DNA from: Desulfurococcaceae archaeon
GTDB lineage: Archaea > Thermoproteota > Thermoprotei_A > Sulfolobales > Desulfurococcaceae
DNA: 64,000 bases
Assembly (NCBI GenBank): GCA_038888155.1
Contig: JAWAJB010000002.1
Span: 128,001 to 192,000, forward strand
Direction: 5' to 3'
The translations under genes and the position numbers were made by a program. The notes beneath the pieces are model-generated. The model was not told the DNA's origin. It did no database searches and was given only the letters and a program-made list of their open reading frames with translations. This document shows, one piece after another, positions 1 to 9,706 of the stretch. Position 1 is the stretch's first letter; each line of letters starts with the position of its first letter.

Positions 1-296
1 CATTAATGGAGAGACTGCACTTTGATGAGCACGGTAGGATATTAAACACCAATTTTACGGACTATGTTATACCTACAGCAAGGGATGTTCCCGAAATAAT
101 GAGACCGATTTTCATAGAGGATAAGTATAGGCACGGTGCTTTCGGCGCAAAAGGCGTTGGTGAAATGGCTTTAATTCCTGGCCCGGCCTCTATAGTTAAT
201 GCTGTATCATTTGCCCTTGGAGCCAACATAAACTCAACCCCCGTTACTCCATGGAAAGTTCTCAACGTGTTACGCTCTTTTAATACTGGGGGATAG
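1..296 (+). CDS. Xanthine dehydrogenase family molybdopterin-binding large subunit, C-terminal part (begins before window)
   Basis: NTNFTDYVIPT and GAFGAKGVGE (catalytic Glu) motifs; followed by FAD and 2Fe-2S subunits. Confidence 0.85.
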   Translation, partial: LMERLHFDEHGRILNTNFTDYVIPTARDVPEIMRPIFIEDKYRHGAFGAKGVGEMALIPGPASIVNAVSFALGANINSTPVTPWKVLNVLRSFNTGG

Positions 297-298
297 GT

Positions 299-1189
299 AT
301 GTATAGAATTCCCGAATTCAAATATTTTAAAGTTACCAGCTTAGGTGAGGCACTGGAATTACTGAGCAACCTAGACGATGCACGAATCCTAGCTGGTGGA
401 ACAGACTTGGTATTGGACATGAAGACCAATAGGTGCAGACCTAAGTTCGTGATCGATATAGGCGGGTTAAGTGAGTTAAGGTATATAAAAGACATTGATG
501 GCGCTTTACATATAGGATCTTTGACAACTATACAGGAAATATACGACTCGCCTCTAGTTTCAGCCAAGTTACCATTGTTGAAGAGGGCCTCTGAGGAGTT
601 TGCATACTGGCAAGTGAGGAACATGGCTACCATAGGCGGCAACCTCTGCAACGCTTCCCCAGCTGCAGACACCGCACCTCCACTTCTCGTACATGAAGCA
701 GTAGTAAAAGTCAGAAGCGTTAATGGGGAGAGATTAATCCCGCTCGAGGATTTCTTTAGGGGACCTAGGGTGACCGCACTCAACAGAGATGAGATCCTCG
801 TAGAGGTTATTGTGCCTTACAAGAGCTTAGAAGGGGGAGGATTTTCATACATAAAGGTCGGCAGGAGAAGAGGTCATGACATATCCATAGTTGCCGTAGC
901 TACAGCTGTTAGGTTAAGCTACGACATAATTAGTGACATTAGGTTGGCATTGAACTCTGTGGCCCCCAAGCCTATTAGGTCTCGTAGCGTGGAAGGTAAG
1001 CTCATCGGCCAAAAAGCCATTTTAGAGAAGTTCGAGGAAGCATCGTGGAGCGTTGAAAATGACATATCCCCAATAACGGATGTAAGAGCTCCGGCGGAGT
1101 ACAGGCGATATATGGCAAGGCTACTTGTGAAGGAAACCCTACTCGAGGCAACTAAATCCCTTTCAAGAGGGGAAAGCATATGCATGTGA
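299..1189 (+). CDS. XDH/CoxM-family FAD-binding medium subunit (copy 1)
   Basis: ILAGGTDL, RNMATIGGNLCNASPAAD and DVRAPAEYR motifs. Confidence 0.92.
   Translation: MYRIPEFKYFKVTSLGEALELLSNLDDARILAGGTDLVLDMKTNRCRPKFVIDIGGLSELRYIKDIDGALHIGSLTTIQEIYDSPLVSAKLPLLKRASEEFAYWQVRNMATIGGNLCNASPAADTAPPLLVHEAVVKVRSVNGERLIPLEDFFRGPRVTALNRDEILVEVIVPYKSLEGGGFSYIKVGRRRGHDISIVAVATAVRLSYDIISDIRLALNSVAPKPIRSRSVEGKLIGQKAILEKFEEASWSVENDISPITDVRAPAEYRRYMARLLVKETLLEATKSLSRGESICM
611..765 (+). repeat. 155-bp exact direct repeat, copy 1 (identical to 4357-4511)
   Basis: caagtgaggaacatggctacc...gatttctttaggggacc compared base by base with copy 2. Confidence 0.95.
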
Positions 1190-1650
1190 AGTTTAAATTA
1201 AATGGTAAACCTGTTGAGCTTGAAGTAGAGCCTTGGGAGGTATTAATCAACACTCTCAGATTCAAATTGAAGATAAAGAGCGTAAAGCGTGGATGTGAAA
1301 GAGGCGAATGTGGAAGTTGCACTATCCTCCTCGATGGAATGCCAGTTACTTCGTGTATGATTTTAACGGCGCAAATTGATAGAAGGGAAGTAACTACCGT
1401 CGAGGGCCTCATGGGGGATAAGTTATATGAAATCCTTATCAAAAAATTTATTGACAACGGCGCGATACAGTGCGGCTTCTGTACACCGGGAATACTATTG
1501 ACAGCTTGGGCTGGTATCGCACATAAAAGAATGAAGACGCTCGATGACATAAAAAAATATCTGGGAAACCTCTGTAGGTGTACTGGCTATGTTAAGATTT
1601 TAGAAGCCATAAACAAAGCAATAGCCGAGGTGTACAGTGGTGGAGACTAA
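1180..1650 (+). CDS. XDH/CoxS-family [2Fe-2S] small subunit (copy 1)
   Basis: GCERGECGSC, QCGFCTPG and NLCRCTGY cysteine motifs. Confidence 0.93.
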   Translation: MHVKFKLNGKPVELEVEPWEVLINTLRFKLKIKSVKRGCERGECGSCTILLDGMPVTSCMILTAQIDRREVTTVEGLMGDKLYEILIKKFIDNGAIQCGFCTPGILLTAWAGIAHKRMKTLDDIKKYLGNLCRCTGYVKILEAINKAIAEVYSGGD

Positions 1651-3997
1651 CTACAGGTATCTAGGTAGGAGGTCTCCAAGGAGTGATGCAACAGCTAAAG
1701 TTACTGGCTCGATAAAGTTCGTCAACGACTTAGAGATCCCCGGAATGCTATACGGCAAAATAGTAAGGAGCCCATACGCATTTGCGGATATTAGGAGGAT
1801 TGATGTTAGCAAGGCGCTGGAAATGGGGGCAATAGTTATAACACCAAACGACGTTCCCCATAGACCTTACAACCCCAGACTGGTAAGTATTGATGATGTA
1901 ACATTTAGAGACACCCAAATTCTAACTTATAGTCCAAGGTATATCGGCGAACCAGTGGCAGCTGTAGCAGCGTCCTCAGAAGAGCTTGCTCAGAGGGCAG
2001 CAGAAGCCGTTGAGATAGAAGTAGAGAGAGCGTATCAACCTATTTTGGACCCCATCGAAGCACTGAAGCCCCATTCTCCCAAAATACACGAAAAAATAAT
2101 GAAGGGGAACAAATGGATTGTTGTGGAGAACAATATTGCGTGTAAACTTGACTACAGTGAAGGAGACGTAGAAAAAGGACTAAAAGAAGCCGACATTGTA
2201 ATCGAAAGAGACTTTAAAACAGGTAGGAGATACCATATGCAACTTGAACCCAAAGCGGTGCTATGTGTACCCGAGGTCTCAGGAAAGTTAACCATTTACA
2301 CTACTACACAGACTATACATAATACGAGGATACTAATAAGCCAGATCTTCGGTATTCCAGAGAGCAAATTGAACGTTGTCAAGTTACCCATTGGAGGCTC
2401 ATTTGGCTCAAGCATACAGACGAACTACCTAGTACCGATAGCAGTGGCTCTTAGCTTAAAGGCAAAGAAACCAGTTAAAATAGCGTATACCAGAGAAGAA
2501 GATATCCTGGATCATTCCAACTTTACATTCAACTTTAAAATAAAGATCGGAGCTAAAAGAAGCGGAATTTTCACGGCAGCTGAGTTTGTGAACATACTGG
2601 ACATAGGTGCTCACCAGGTCCAGCCATATCCACTCCTAGGAACTAGCTTGGGGTGGTTTGTATCGATGTATAAGTGGAAGAATATAAGGTACAGTGGTAT
2701 AGCTGTTTACACTAATAAAGTCCCCGGATGCGCACTCAGAGGCTACGGTGCTCCCGAGGTTCAATGGGCTGTCGAAGAAATGGTCGACGAAATATCAGAG
2801 AGATTAGGCATGGATCCCGTCGAGCTTAGGCTTTTAAACTATGTAGGTAAGGGCGATATATTCTGGGGTCAGGGTCCTACAGTTAGATCAGTCATAAAAT
2901 CGGATGGTGTTCCGGAGCTTTTGCTTAAATGCAGGGAGATTATTGGATGGGATAAAAGGGGCAACCCGAGTGAGAAGAAAGGTAGGTTTAGGCGCGGTAT
3001 AGGATTGGGTAGGGGGTTCCACACTTCGGGCGCTGGAGGGCCAATTAGTGGTGAAGTCATAGACTATACTGGTTGCATTTTAAAGCTGAACGAAGACGGC
3101 ACGCTGGATTATCTTACTGCATTGCAAGATCATGGGGGAGGCACATTAGATGCCCATATAAAGATCATAGCCGAAGAACTTAAAATATCCCCAGATTTAA
3201 TCAACCTCTCTCTGGCTTCAACCGAAAACACTTTGTACGATGTATGTACTCATGCCTCAAGAGGGGTATACGCTGGCGGTGAATGCGCTAGAAGAGCGGC
3301 AAAATTACTGAAAGAAAAGATCCTCGATGCAGCTATAAGAATCATTGACCGAGCAGTGAATCGGGAGGCTTTAAAAATAGGTTACGATGAAAACAGCAAA
3401 GAAGCTTTCGTGTACGTTGAGGGAACAGATATTAAAATCCCACTCAAGTATATAGCGTGGACATCATGGCAAAGGAATTGGGGAACAATTTCTGCTGCGA
3501 TATCATATAGAGCTACTTCGGCTCCACCAAGCTTTACAGTATATTACGTAGAAGTCGAAGTAGATACGTGGACTGGTAAGGTAAAGCCCATACGTGTTGT
3601 AGCTGGTGCAGACATAGGCACGCCAATAAACCCCGATATGGCTGAAGGTCAACTTCATGGAGGTTTTGCAATGGCGTGGGGAATGGCATTTACCGAGAAC
3701 GTTATGTACGATCCCCAAACGGGGGATATAATGGGCAGAGGGCTAATAACAGACTACAAAGTAGTTACAGCAAAAGATGCTATAACGCCCGATGACTTTA
3801 AAGTGGTCTTTGCAACTACATACGAACCAGATGGTCCGTTTGGATCTAAGGGACTTGGGGAGGCTGCAATGAATCCTGCTGTAGCTGCAATACTAAACGC
3901 TGTTTACAATGCTATTGGAGTGAGATTCTACGAACTTCCAGTAACTCCAGATAAAATCATAGCAGCACTAAAGGAGCGAGGTGAGATTAAGTGGTAG
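1637..3997 (+). CDS. XDH-family molybdopterin-binding large subunit
   Basis: 786 aa; KVTG, GGSFG, ALRGYG, GQLHGG and GPFGSKGLGE motifs. Confidence 0.92.
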   Translation: MVETNYRYLGRRSPRSDATAKVTGSIKFVNDLEIPGMLYGKIVRSPYAFADIRRIDVSKALEMGAIVITPNDVPHRPYNPRLVSIDDVTFRDTQILTYSPRYIGEPVAAVAASSEELAQRAAEAVEIEVERAYQPILDPIEALKPHSPKIHEKIMKGNKWIVVENNIACKLDYSEGDVEKGLKEADIVIERDFKTGRRYHMQLEPKAVLCVPEVSGKLTIYTTTQTIHNTRILISQIFGIPESKLNVVKLPIGGSFGSSIQTNYLVPIAVALSLKAKKPVKIAYTREEDILDHSNFTFNFKIKIGAKRSGIFTAAEFVNILDIGAHQVQPYPLLGTSLGWFVSMYKWKNIRYSGIAVYTNKVPGCALRGYGAPEVQWAVEEMVDEISERLGMDPVELRLLNYVGKGDIFWGQGPTVRSVIKSDGVPELLLKCREIIGWDKRGNPSEKKGRFRRGIGLGRGFHTSGAGGPISGEVIDYTGCILKLNEDGTLDYLTALQDHGGGTLDAHIKIIAEELKISPDLINLSLASTENTLYDVCTHASRGVYAGGECARRAAKLLKEKILDAAIRIIDRAVNREALKIGYDENSKEAFVYVEGTDIKIPLKYIAWTSWQRNWGTISAAISYRATSAPPSFTVYYVEVEVDTWTGKVKPIRVVAGADIGTPINPDMAEGQLHGGFAMAWGMAFTENVMYDPQTGDIMGRGLITDYKVVTAKDAITPDDFKVVFATTYEPDGPFGSKGLGEAAMNPAVAAILNAVYNAIGVRFYELPVTPDKIIAALKERGEIKW

Positions 3998-4923
3998 GTA
4001 TGCCGTTCATTCCTCCAGTGAACATAACTGAGAGAAACACTAGGATCATACCGGTAGATTTCGAGTACTTCGAACCAAAGACCATAGAAGAGGCCTTAGA
4101 ACTCTTAAACGTGTATAGCAATGAAGCGAAAATCCTAGCGGGGGGAACAGACCTATTAGTGAAGATTAAGGTTAAACTTCTTCGGCCAAAGGTAATTATA
4201 AATATAAAGAGAATATCGGAGCTAAGATACATTGTAGAGGACAACGGTTACGTCAAAATTGGAGCACTAACTACTCTTCGAGATGTGGAGAGATCTGAAA
4301 TAGTCAAGCAAAAGGTCCCTGCTCTTTTCACTGCTGTAAATAACATGGGCAGTATTCAAGTGAGGAACATGGCTACCATAGGCGGCAACCTCTGCAACGC
4401 TTCCCCAGCTGCAGACACCGCACCTCCACTTCTCGTACATGAAGCAGTAGTAAAAGTCAGAAGCGTTAATGGGGAGAGATTAATCCCGCTCGAGGATTTC
4501 TTTAGGGGACCGGGAATTACTTCTATGGGGCCGAATGAGATGTTAGTTGAAGTAATGATCAAAAAGAGCCACCTTGGAGCCTCTGCTTTCAGGAAAATAT
4601 CTCGGGTCGCAGTGGATTTAGCTGTTGCAAGCGCGGCAGTGTATTTAGAGGTGAGCGAAGATACAATTACGGAGACTAGGGTATCACTTGGTTCTGTGGC
4701 GCCAACGCCGCTTAGAGCTAGGAAAACCGAGCTTAAATTAAAGGGCCTTAAAGTAGGTTCTAATGATCTACGTGAAGCACTAACTATGCTCGAACAAGAG
4801 GTATCTCCTATAACAGATACGAGGTCTACCGCAGAGTACAGAAGGTATATAATTAAAACACTAGTGTGGGATGCCTTAAACGATGCATATACAAGATTAA
4901 AGGAAGGGAGTGTGGAAAAATGA
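3991..4923 (+). CDS. XDH/CoxM-family FAD-binding medium subunit (copy 2)
   Basis: ILAGGTDL, ATIGGNLCNASPAAD and DTRSTAEYR motifs. Confidence 0.92.
   Translation: MVGMPFIPPVNITERNTRIIPVDFEYFEPKTIEEALELLNVYSNEAKILAGGTDLLVKIKVKLLRPKVIINIKRISELRYIVEDNGYVKIGALTTLRDVERSEIVKQKVPALFTAVNNMGSIQVRNMATIGGNLCNASPAADTAPPLLVHEAVVKVRSVNGERLIPLEDFFRGPGITSMGPNEMLVEVMIKKSHLGASAFRKISRVAVDLAVASAAVYLEVSEDTITETRVSLGSVAPTPLRARKTELKLKGLKVGSNDLREALTMLEQEVSPITDTRSTAEYRRYIIKTLVWDALNDAYTRLKEGSVEK
4357..4511 (+). repeat. 155-bp exact direct repeat, copy 2
   Basis: Identical to 611-765. Confidence 0.95.
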
Positions 4924-5390
4924 AGGTTTCCTTTAAAGTGAATGGGGAGCCATTTACAGTGGATGTTAAGCCCAATGAACTTTTGATCAATACATTACGA
5001 GAGAGATTGAGAATATTAAGCGTTAAGTACGGTTGTGGTATAGGTGAGTGCGGCAATTGTACAGTACTAGTAAATGGCGAACCAGTGCTTGCATGTCTAT
5101 TTCTTACAGTAGATGCAAATGGATGCGAGATAATTACTGTTGAAGGAATATCAAAGAATGGATTAACCGAAATTCAGAGAGCATTCATAGAGGAGGGGGC
5201 AATACAATGTGGTTATTGTACACCTGCGCTCATTTTAATGTCAGAGTATCTAATAAGAGAAAAGGCTAGGCCATCTATTGATGACGTAGGGGAGTACTTA
5301 AAAGGAGTTCTTTGTAGGTGCACTGGCTACATTAATGTATTTAAAGCAATCATCAAAGCATCTGAGCGTAAGGCCGGTGCAAATACTTGA
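4920..5390 (+). CDS. XDH/CoxS-family [2Fe-2S] small subunit (copy 2)
   Basis: GCGIGECGNC, QCGYCTP and LCRCTGY; ATG at 4920 overlapping the upstream stop (MKVSFKVNG) preferred over the ORF-track start 4866. Confidence 0.92.
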   Translation: MKVSFKVNGEPFTVDVKPNELLINTLRERLRILSVKYGCGIGECGNCTVLVNGEPVLACLFLTVDANGCEIITVEGISKNGLTEIQRAFIEEGAIQCGYCTPALILMSEYLIREKARPSIDDVGEYLKGVLCRCTGYINVFKAIIKASERKAGANT

Positions 5391-5656
5391 TAAAGGTAAG
5401 GGTAAGATTTTCGGGTTTATTTGCAGACATCGCTGGCAAAGAGAGCGAAGAAATAAGCGTGCCCAATGGAACATGCCTGAACAACTTTATAAAGATAGTA
5501 TTAGCAAACAACAGATCTCTTGGAGAATGGTATGACAAAGTCCCCTATATACAGATTTTTCTAAATGGAGTCGAGGCTACAGGAAGGGAGGCTCAGAGCT
5601 GTTTAAATGAAGGGGATGAGGTTACGCTTTCACCTCCGCTACATGAGGGAGGATAA
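5387..5656 (+). CDS. MoaD/ThiS/SAMP family ubiquitin-like sulfur carrier
   Basis: 89 aa beta-grasp pattern, LNEGDEVTLSPP, C-terminal GG. Confidence 0.85.
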   Translation: MIKVRVRFSGLFADIAGKESEEISVPNGTCLNNFIKIVLANNRSLGEWYDKVPYIQIFLNGVEATGREAQSCLNEGDEVTLSPPLHEGG

Positions 5657-5680
5657 TTAGGCCAACACTATTTGCTTCAA

Positions 5681-5687
5681 TTTTTTT
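5681..5687 (+). terminator. Oligo-T terminator candidate after the molybdoenzyme operon
   Basis: T7 run 25 bp after the stop of 5387-5656. Confidence 0.45.
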
Positions 5688-5896
5688 AAAATAATTACGA
5701 TTTAATTGTATCAAACAAGTTGTTCACGTAATCCTACCTGAATTAGCCGTGTAATAGAGCAACAATTGATAAAGCTGTAAACAATGTAGCTCGAAATTCA
5801 ACGAATACATATGGGTTCTTTTTTATGAACAATCTCTGATATGTTACGTTGGCATTGAGCGCAAGTAAAATGCGATGATCATGTCGGAATCTTAAA

Positions 5897-6919
5897 TTAA
5901 ATGAGAGGTATTGCCTTTTCAATGCCAAAATTCACAGGCATCCCCGGCTTTACCTCTTTGCGTGTAAATAAAACTAGCTCTTGATCTCTATAAGAAATTA
6001 GCGCTACGTAGTGACTTAATCCGAGCTTATGAACACTAACAACTTTTCCCCTTAGAGGCCCTTTTTCGGACACATTTACATATTTTGGTAGTATTAGAAC
6101 TTTCCTTGTTTTTGCCCCTTTGATTGGTCCAGCGTAAAATTCATACCCATCTATTAAAGCCTCGCAAGGTCCGTATTCGCTACACTTCAAGTCATCAACA
6201 AGAATGGTTGTCCCCAGCCAACTTTTAGCGCTTAGAGGCAGAGAACTTGTTTCTAGCTCAGAGGGAGGTCCCTCATATATTGACTTGCCACTGTGTAGAA
6301 TGCACAATCTATTAACAATAGCTATGAACTCTTCGAAGTTATGAGTGGCCAAAACTATGGTTTTACCATTCTTTAAGAGCTTAAGCAAGCTCTCTTTTAT
6401 AATTCCCCACGATTGGGCATCGACACTAAGCTCTGGTTCATCCATTAATACTATATCTGCATCAACAACTAATGCACGCGCGATTGCCACTCTCCTTGCT
6501 TCACCGCCACTGAGTGTGGCGGGGTAACGATTTAATAAGTGTTTTATTTCAAGAGCATCAGCTATATTTTCAACTTTTTCTCTTATTTGCGACTCGGTAT
6601 ATCCCCGATCAATAAGCCCTATAGCTATATTCTTCCAAACGGTTAAAGCAGGCGATAAAGCATTTTTCTGGGGCACGTAAGACAAACCCCTTGAATGGCT
6701 CGCGACATTTCTAGCATTACTTCCATTTATGAAAACTTCGCCAACGTAGTCAATTAACCCAGCCACAACTTTTAATACAGTGGTTTTTCCAGAACCATTG
6801 GGACCTATAACTATTGACAACCCAGCACTAGGAAAAGATGCATTTATATTCTCCACGATTTTCTTGCCATGGGCATACACGCTTATATTACGCAGTACAA
6901 TGCTACTCAACAGCATCAC
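5897..6919 (-). CDS. ABC transporter ATP-binding protein with C-terminal TOBE-like extension
   Basis: GPNGSGKT, LSGGE, MDEP; beta-rich C-terminal extension. Confidence 0.9.
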   Translation of the reverse strand: MMLLSSIVLRNISVYAHGKKIVENINASFPSAGLSIVIGPNGSGKTTVLKVVAGLIDYVGEVFINGSNARNVASHSRGLSYVPQKNALSPALTVWKNIAIGLIDRGYTESQIREKVENIADALEIKHLLNRYPATLSGGEARRVAIARALVVDADIVLMDEPELSVDAQSWGIIKESLLKLLKNGKTIVLATHNFEEFIAIVNRLCILHSGKSIYEGPPSELETSSLPLSAKSWLGTTILVDDLKCSEYGPCEALIDGYEFYAGPIKGAKTRKVLILPKYVNVSEKGPLRGKVVSVHKLGLSHYVALISYRDQELVLFTRKEVKPGMPVNFGIEKAIPLI

Positions 6920-7661
6920 CCCTGCTCACTAGCCCTGTTAACCTTTTTTCAATAGTATCTATCAAGGAGTTAATCGCGAGTAAAGTCATGGATAAAACGA
7001 AAATTACGGCAAGCAAATGGCTCATCTTTAGCGAAGTTGCATATAGCAAAGCAATATAACCTAGTCCATTTGATAAGGCCAACATTTCAACCACGAAGAC
7101 GGTCTTCCACACCATTATTGCCTCGGTTTTTATTGATGGCAAGAGTAGTGTTAGTATATAAGGCAACACAATGTACCTATACTTAGTGAGTTTCTTCGTA
7201 CAATATACGTTAGCTATATCGAGTAAGTCCTTATCAAATACTCTAAAGGAATTAATTACTCCATAAAGTATTGGGGGGTATGAACACATAAATGAGGCAA
7301 CTAGCGGCAATGTAAGCTCGTTAATCCCAATAAGCACTATCAAAACAGGTATCCAGGCGACAGAGGGGACCGAAAACATCAACGTTGCTAATGGGGATAC
7401 GTAATCGACCATGTTCTTTCTAATTACCATGAACAATCCAGTTATCAAGCCAAAGAGCAATCCTGCAATAAATCCAAGCGTTGATCTAAACAAGGTTTTA
7501 ATGTAATGGTTTACTAGCGCAAGTATGAAATAGTAGTCAGCGAAGTTTCCGACAATTTCCGTGAGAGGGGGGAAAAGGGCAGGTAATTGAATAAAGTACC
7601 TCGCGAGTAGCTCCCAGAGAAGGGCAAGAATAGCTATAGATACAACGCTTCTTGAGTTCAT
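6903..7661 (-). CDS. NitT/TauT-family ABC permease
   Basis: FPPLTEI, SVPSVAWIP, EML...GLGY motifs; multiple TM segments. Confidence 0.85.
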   Translation of the reverse strand: MNSRSVVSIAILALLWELLARYFIQLPALFPPLTEIVGNFADYYFILALVNHYIKTLFRSTLGFIAGLLFGLITGLFMVIRKNMVDYVSPLATLMFSVPSVAWIPVLIVLIGINELTLPLVASFMCSYPPILYGVINSFRVFDKDLLDIANVYCTKKLTKYRYIVLPYILTLLLPSIKTEAIMVWKTVFVVEMLALSNGLGYIALLYATSLKMSHLLAVIFVLSMTLLAINSLIDTIEKRLTGLVSRGDAVE

Positions 7662-7667
7662 ATGGGC

Positions 7668-8618
7668 TCACTCGATGTTAGTAACAACTATCTCGTTTGC
7701 ATCGAGCCTTTTCTCGAGAATTCTGTGTCTAAACATGAAGTCAATGTATTCCTGGATCTCATTTATATGTATGTCCGATGTCCATTCTATAGCCTCTACG
7801 GACCTCAACGCTGTGTCAGTGTCTATCTCCAATTCCCTAGAGCTAGACATTGCAGCGAGGGATTTGTTCGCCGATGCAAGCCTCAACGCCGTTCTCGTTA
7901 TTTCAACAAGCATTCTTACAGCCTCCCGCCTCTCTCTTAAAGCATCGCCACGGACAACTAAGTAGCTACCGGGCATGTTAGGCCATATATCCTGGGCTCT
8001 CAGCAAAATCTTCATTCCTAGAGACTCAGCCAAGCTTGCGTAGTGCTCAGGCAAGGATACGGCGTTAATTTGACCTGCAATTAACATTGATAAAGCCACT
8101 TGGGGGTCTCCGATCGGTCTGATATCGAAGACAAGTCCACGTAAGTCTTGTAATTTTAAAAGCAATAAGGTTGTAGGGGCCACAACGCCACCTATTGAGT
8201 ACACAACTGATCCATTCAGCTGGTCAACACTTTTAATTCTATCGGGCTTAACTACAATTGCATATCCATAATTGTGGGTTTTCAAGACAATTTTCACATC
8301 TACCCCAATATCTATTAAGTTTAATATTGGGCCCAGACAAGAATACCCAGCATCTACTTCTCCTCGAGCAATAGCAGATGCAAGCTCTACTCCGCTTCTG
8401 AACTTAAAGAGCCTTGAAATGTTTAACCCATATTTGGCCGGAAGATCCTCATATATTGCGATCCATATTGGCGTGGAATGGGCATTGAGCTCCACTCCCA
8501 ATTTGATGCTATGAACTTTGATCTCCCCCTTCTCACGATACGTTTCAGTTACAACGTTAATACAAACAATTCCAACTAACATTATAACAATGAGAATGCA
8601 TGTATACTTCGTGCTCAA
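7668..8618 (-). CDS. NitT/TauT (SsuA/NMT1-like) ABC substrate-binding protein
   Basis: N-terminal membrane anchor; FRSGVELASAIARGEVDAGY; LPEHYAS. Confidence 0.8.
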   Translation of the reverse strand: MSTKYTCILIVIMLVGIVCINVVTETYREKGEIKVHSIKLGVELNAHSTPIWIAIYEDLPAKYGLNISRLFKFRSGVELASAIARGEVDAGYSCLGPILNLIDIGVDVKIVLKTHNYGYAIVVKPDRIKSVDQLNGSVVYSIGGVVAPTTLLLLKLQDLRGLVFDIRPIGDPQVALSMLIAGQINAVSLPEHYASLAESLGMKILLRAQDIWPNMPGSYLVVRGDALRERREAVRMLVEITRTALRLASANKSLAAMSSSRELEIDTDTALRSVEAIEWTSDIHINEIQEYIDFMFRHRILEKRLDANEIVVTNIE

Positions 8619-8619
8619 C

Positions 8620-9639
8620 TTATTTCGCCTTTTCTTGTCTTATTTCAAGGAATGACCGCAATAGGCCACCTTCTCCCAAGGACAGCACATAATCCTTTGG
8701 GATCTTGACTCCAGCTGAAATCCAAGGTAAGACTATGTCTAGTATATTTTCATTGGGATATTTAATTATACCTGAGGATACACCTATTACAGGTTTATTG
8801 TCTATATAGGCTATCATGCTCATAGTAGTCGGCTTAATAGGTATGCCATAAGCCACTATTTCGCTTGCTATAAGCTCAATTGATTTCGGGGTGTAATCGG
8901 TGGGATCAACGCTCATGCCCCCGGTCACAACAACTGCATCGTAAGTTTTAATGAATGAAACTATTTTGTCAGCTATCTCTTTTAGATCATCTCTAGCAAA
9001 GTCCACGTCGGCTAATTCGCAGTCATATTGTTTTAGCTTCATAGCAACTACCGGTGTACACATATCTTCGCGCACTCCTTCGACAATTTCTGTGCCAGTA
9101 ACTAATAACGCAACCTTTGGTTTCTTTGAAGGAACAACCCTTAATAAAGGCCCATTAACCACTCTTTTTTGGAGTTCGTCCAGAGATGATTTCTTAACTG
9201 TTAATGGAATTAAGTCTACGACTCCAATTAGGTCTCCCCTTTTGACATAGCTACCATTTCTCAGAGTTACTACTACAAACAAGCCAGACGAGTTCAACTT
9301 ATATAATCGGCTAGACTCTACTAACAATAACCCATTTGCTAGTGCATGAAGATTTGCTTTACCCTCCTCGAATAATTTCACTTCAACGTTTTCTCCAGAA
9401 ATTATTTCGCCAAGCCATTTTACGGCCTCCACTTCGTGGACGTAATCTCCACTAGCAGTATTATCTACCTCAATGTAAACATAGTAGTGCCCGCAATTCT
9501 TTAGAACCTCTACATCGCCATGATTTATGAGATCTCCTCGCCTTTTAACTGCTCCCTTATATCCGGGCTCAATACATGTATAATCATGTGCCAATCTTTT
9601 CCCAACGGCATCCGTGACTCTAACGGGTACTATCAACAA
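8620..9639 (-). CDS. MoeA-like molybdopterin-binding protein
   Basis: AVGKRLAHDYTCIEPG N-terminus; VTGTEI and TGGMSVDPTDYTP Moco-biosynthesis domain motifs. Confidence 0.85.
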   Translation of the reverse strand: MLIVPVRVTDAVGKRLAHDYTCIEPGYKGAVKRRGDLINHGDVEVLKNCGHYYVYIEVDNTASGDYVHEVEAVKWLGEIISGENVEVKLFEEGKANLHALANGLLLVESSRLYKLNSSGLFVVVTLRNGSYVKRGDLIGVVDLIPLTVKKSSLDELQKRVVNGPLLRVVPSKKPKVALLVTGTEIVEGVREDMCTPVVAMKLKQYDCELADVDFARDDLKEIADKIVSFIKTYDAVVVTGGMSVDPTDYTPKSIELIASEIVAYGIPIKPTTMSMIAYIDNKPVIGVSSGIIKYPNENILDIVLPWISAGVKIPKDYVLSLGEGGLLRSFLEIRQEKAK

Positions 9640-9684
9640 TCGTCACCATGAATTGATTGACGTTTCCTTTTAATTATTAAATTG

Positions 9685-9706
9685 ATGTCTATAAAATTAT
9701 GGACAT
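9685..9706. promoter_or_regulatory. Inverted repeat operator candidate upstream of the MoeA-like/ABC operon
   Basis: ATGTCTATAA-AA-TTATGGACAT, 10-bp arms with 1 mismatch, about 45 bp upstream of start. Confidence 0.5.

Noticed and set aside
6-296. ORF ending in GG as a ubiquitin-like protein
   Set aside because: It is the C-terminus of a molybdoenzyme large subunit; the GG codons double as the next gene's SD
1637-3997. Aerobic CO dehydrogenase (coxL) or 4-hydroxybenzoyl-CoA reductase call
   Set aside because: Active-site loop is ALRGYG, not AYxCSFR/AYRGAGR, and the M subunits lack a Cys-rich [4Fe-4S] insertion
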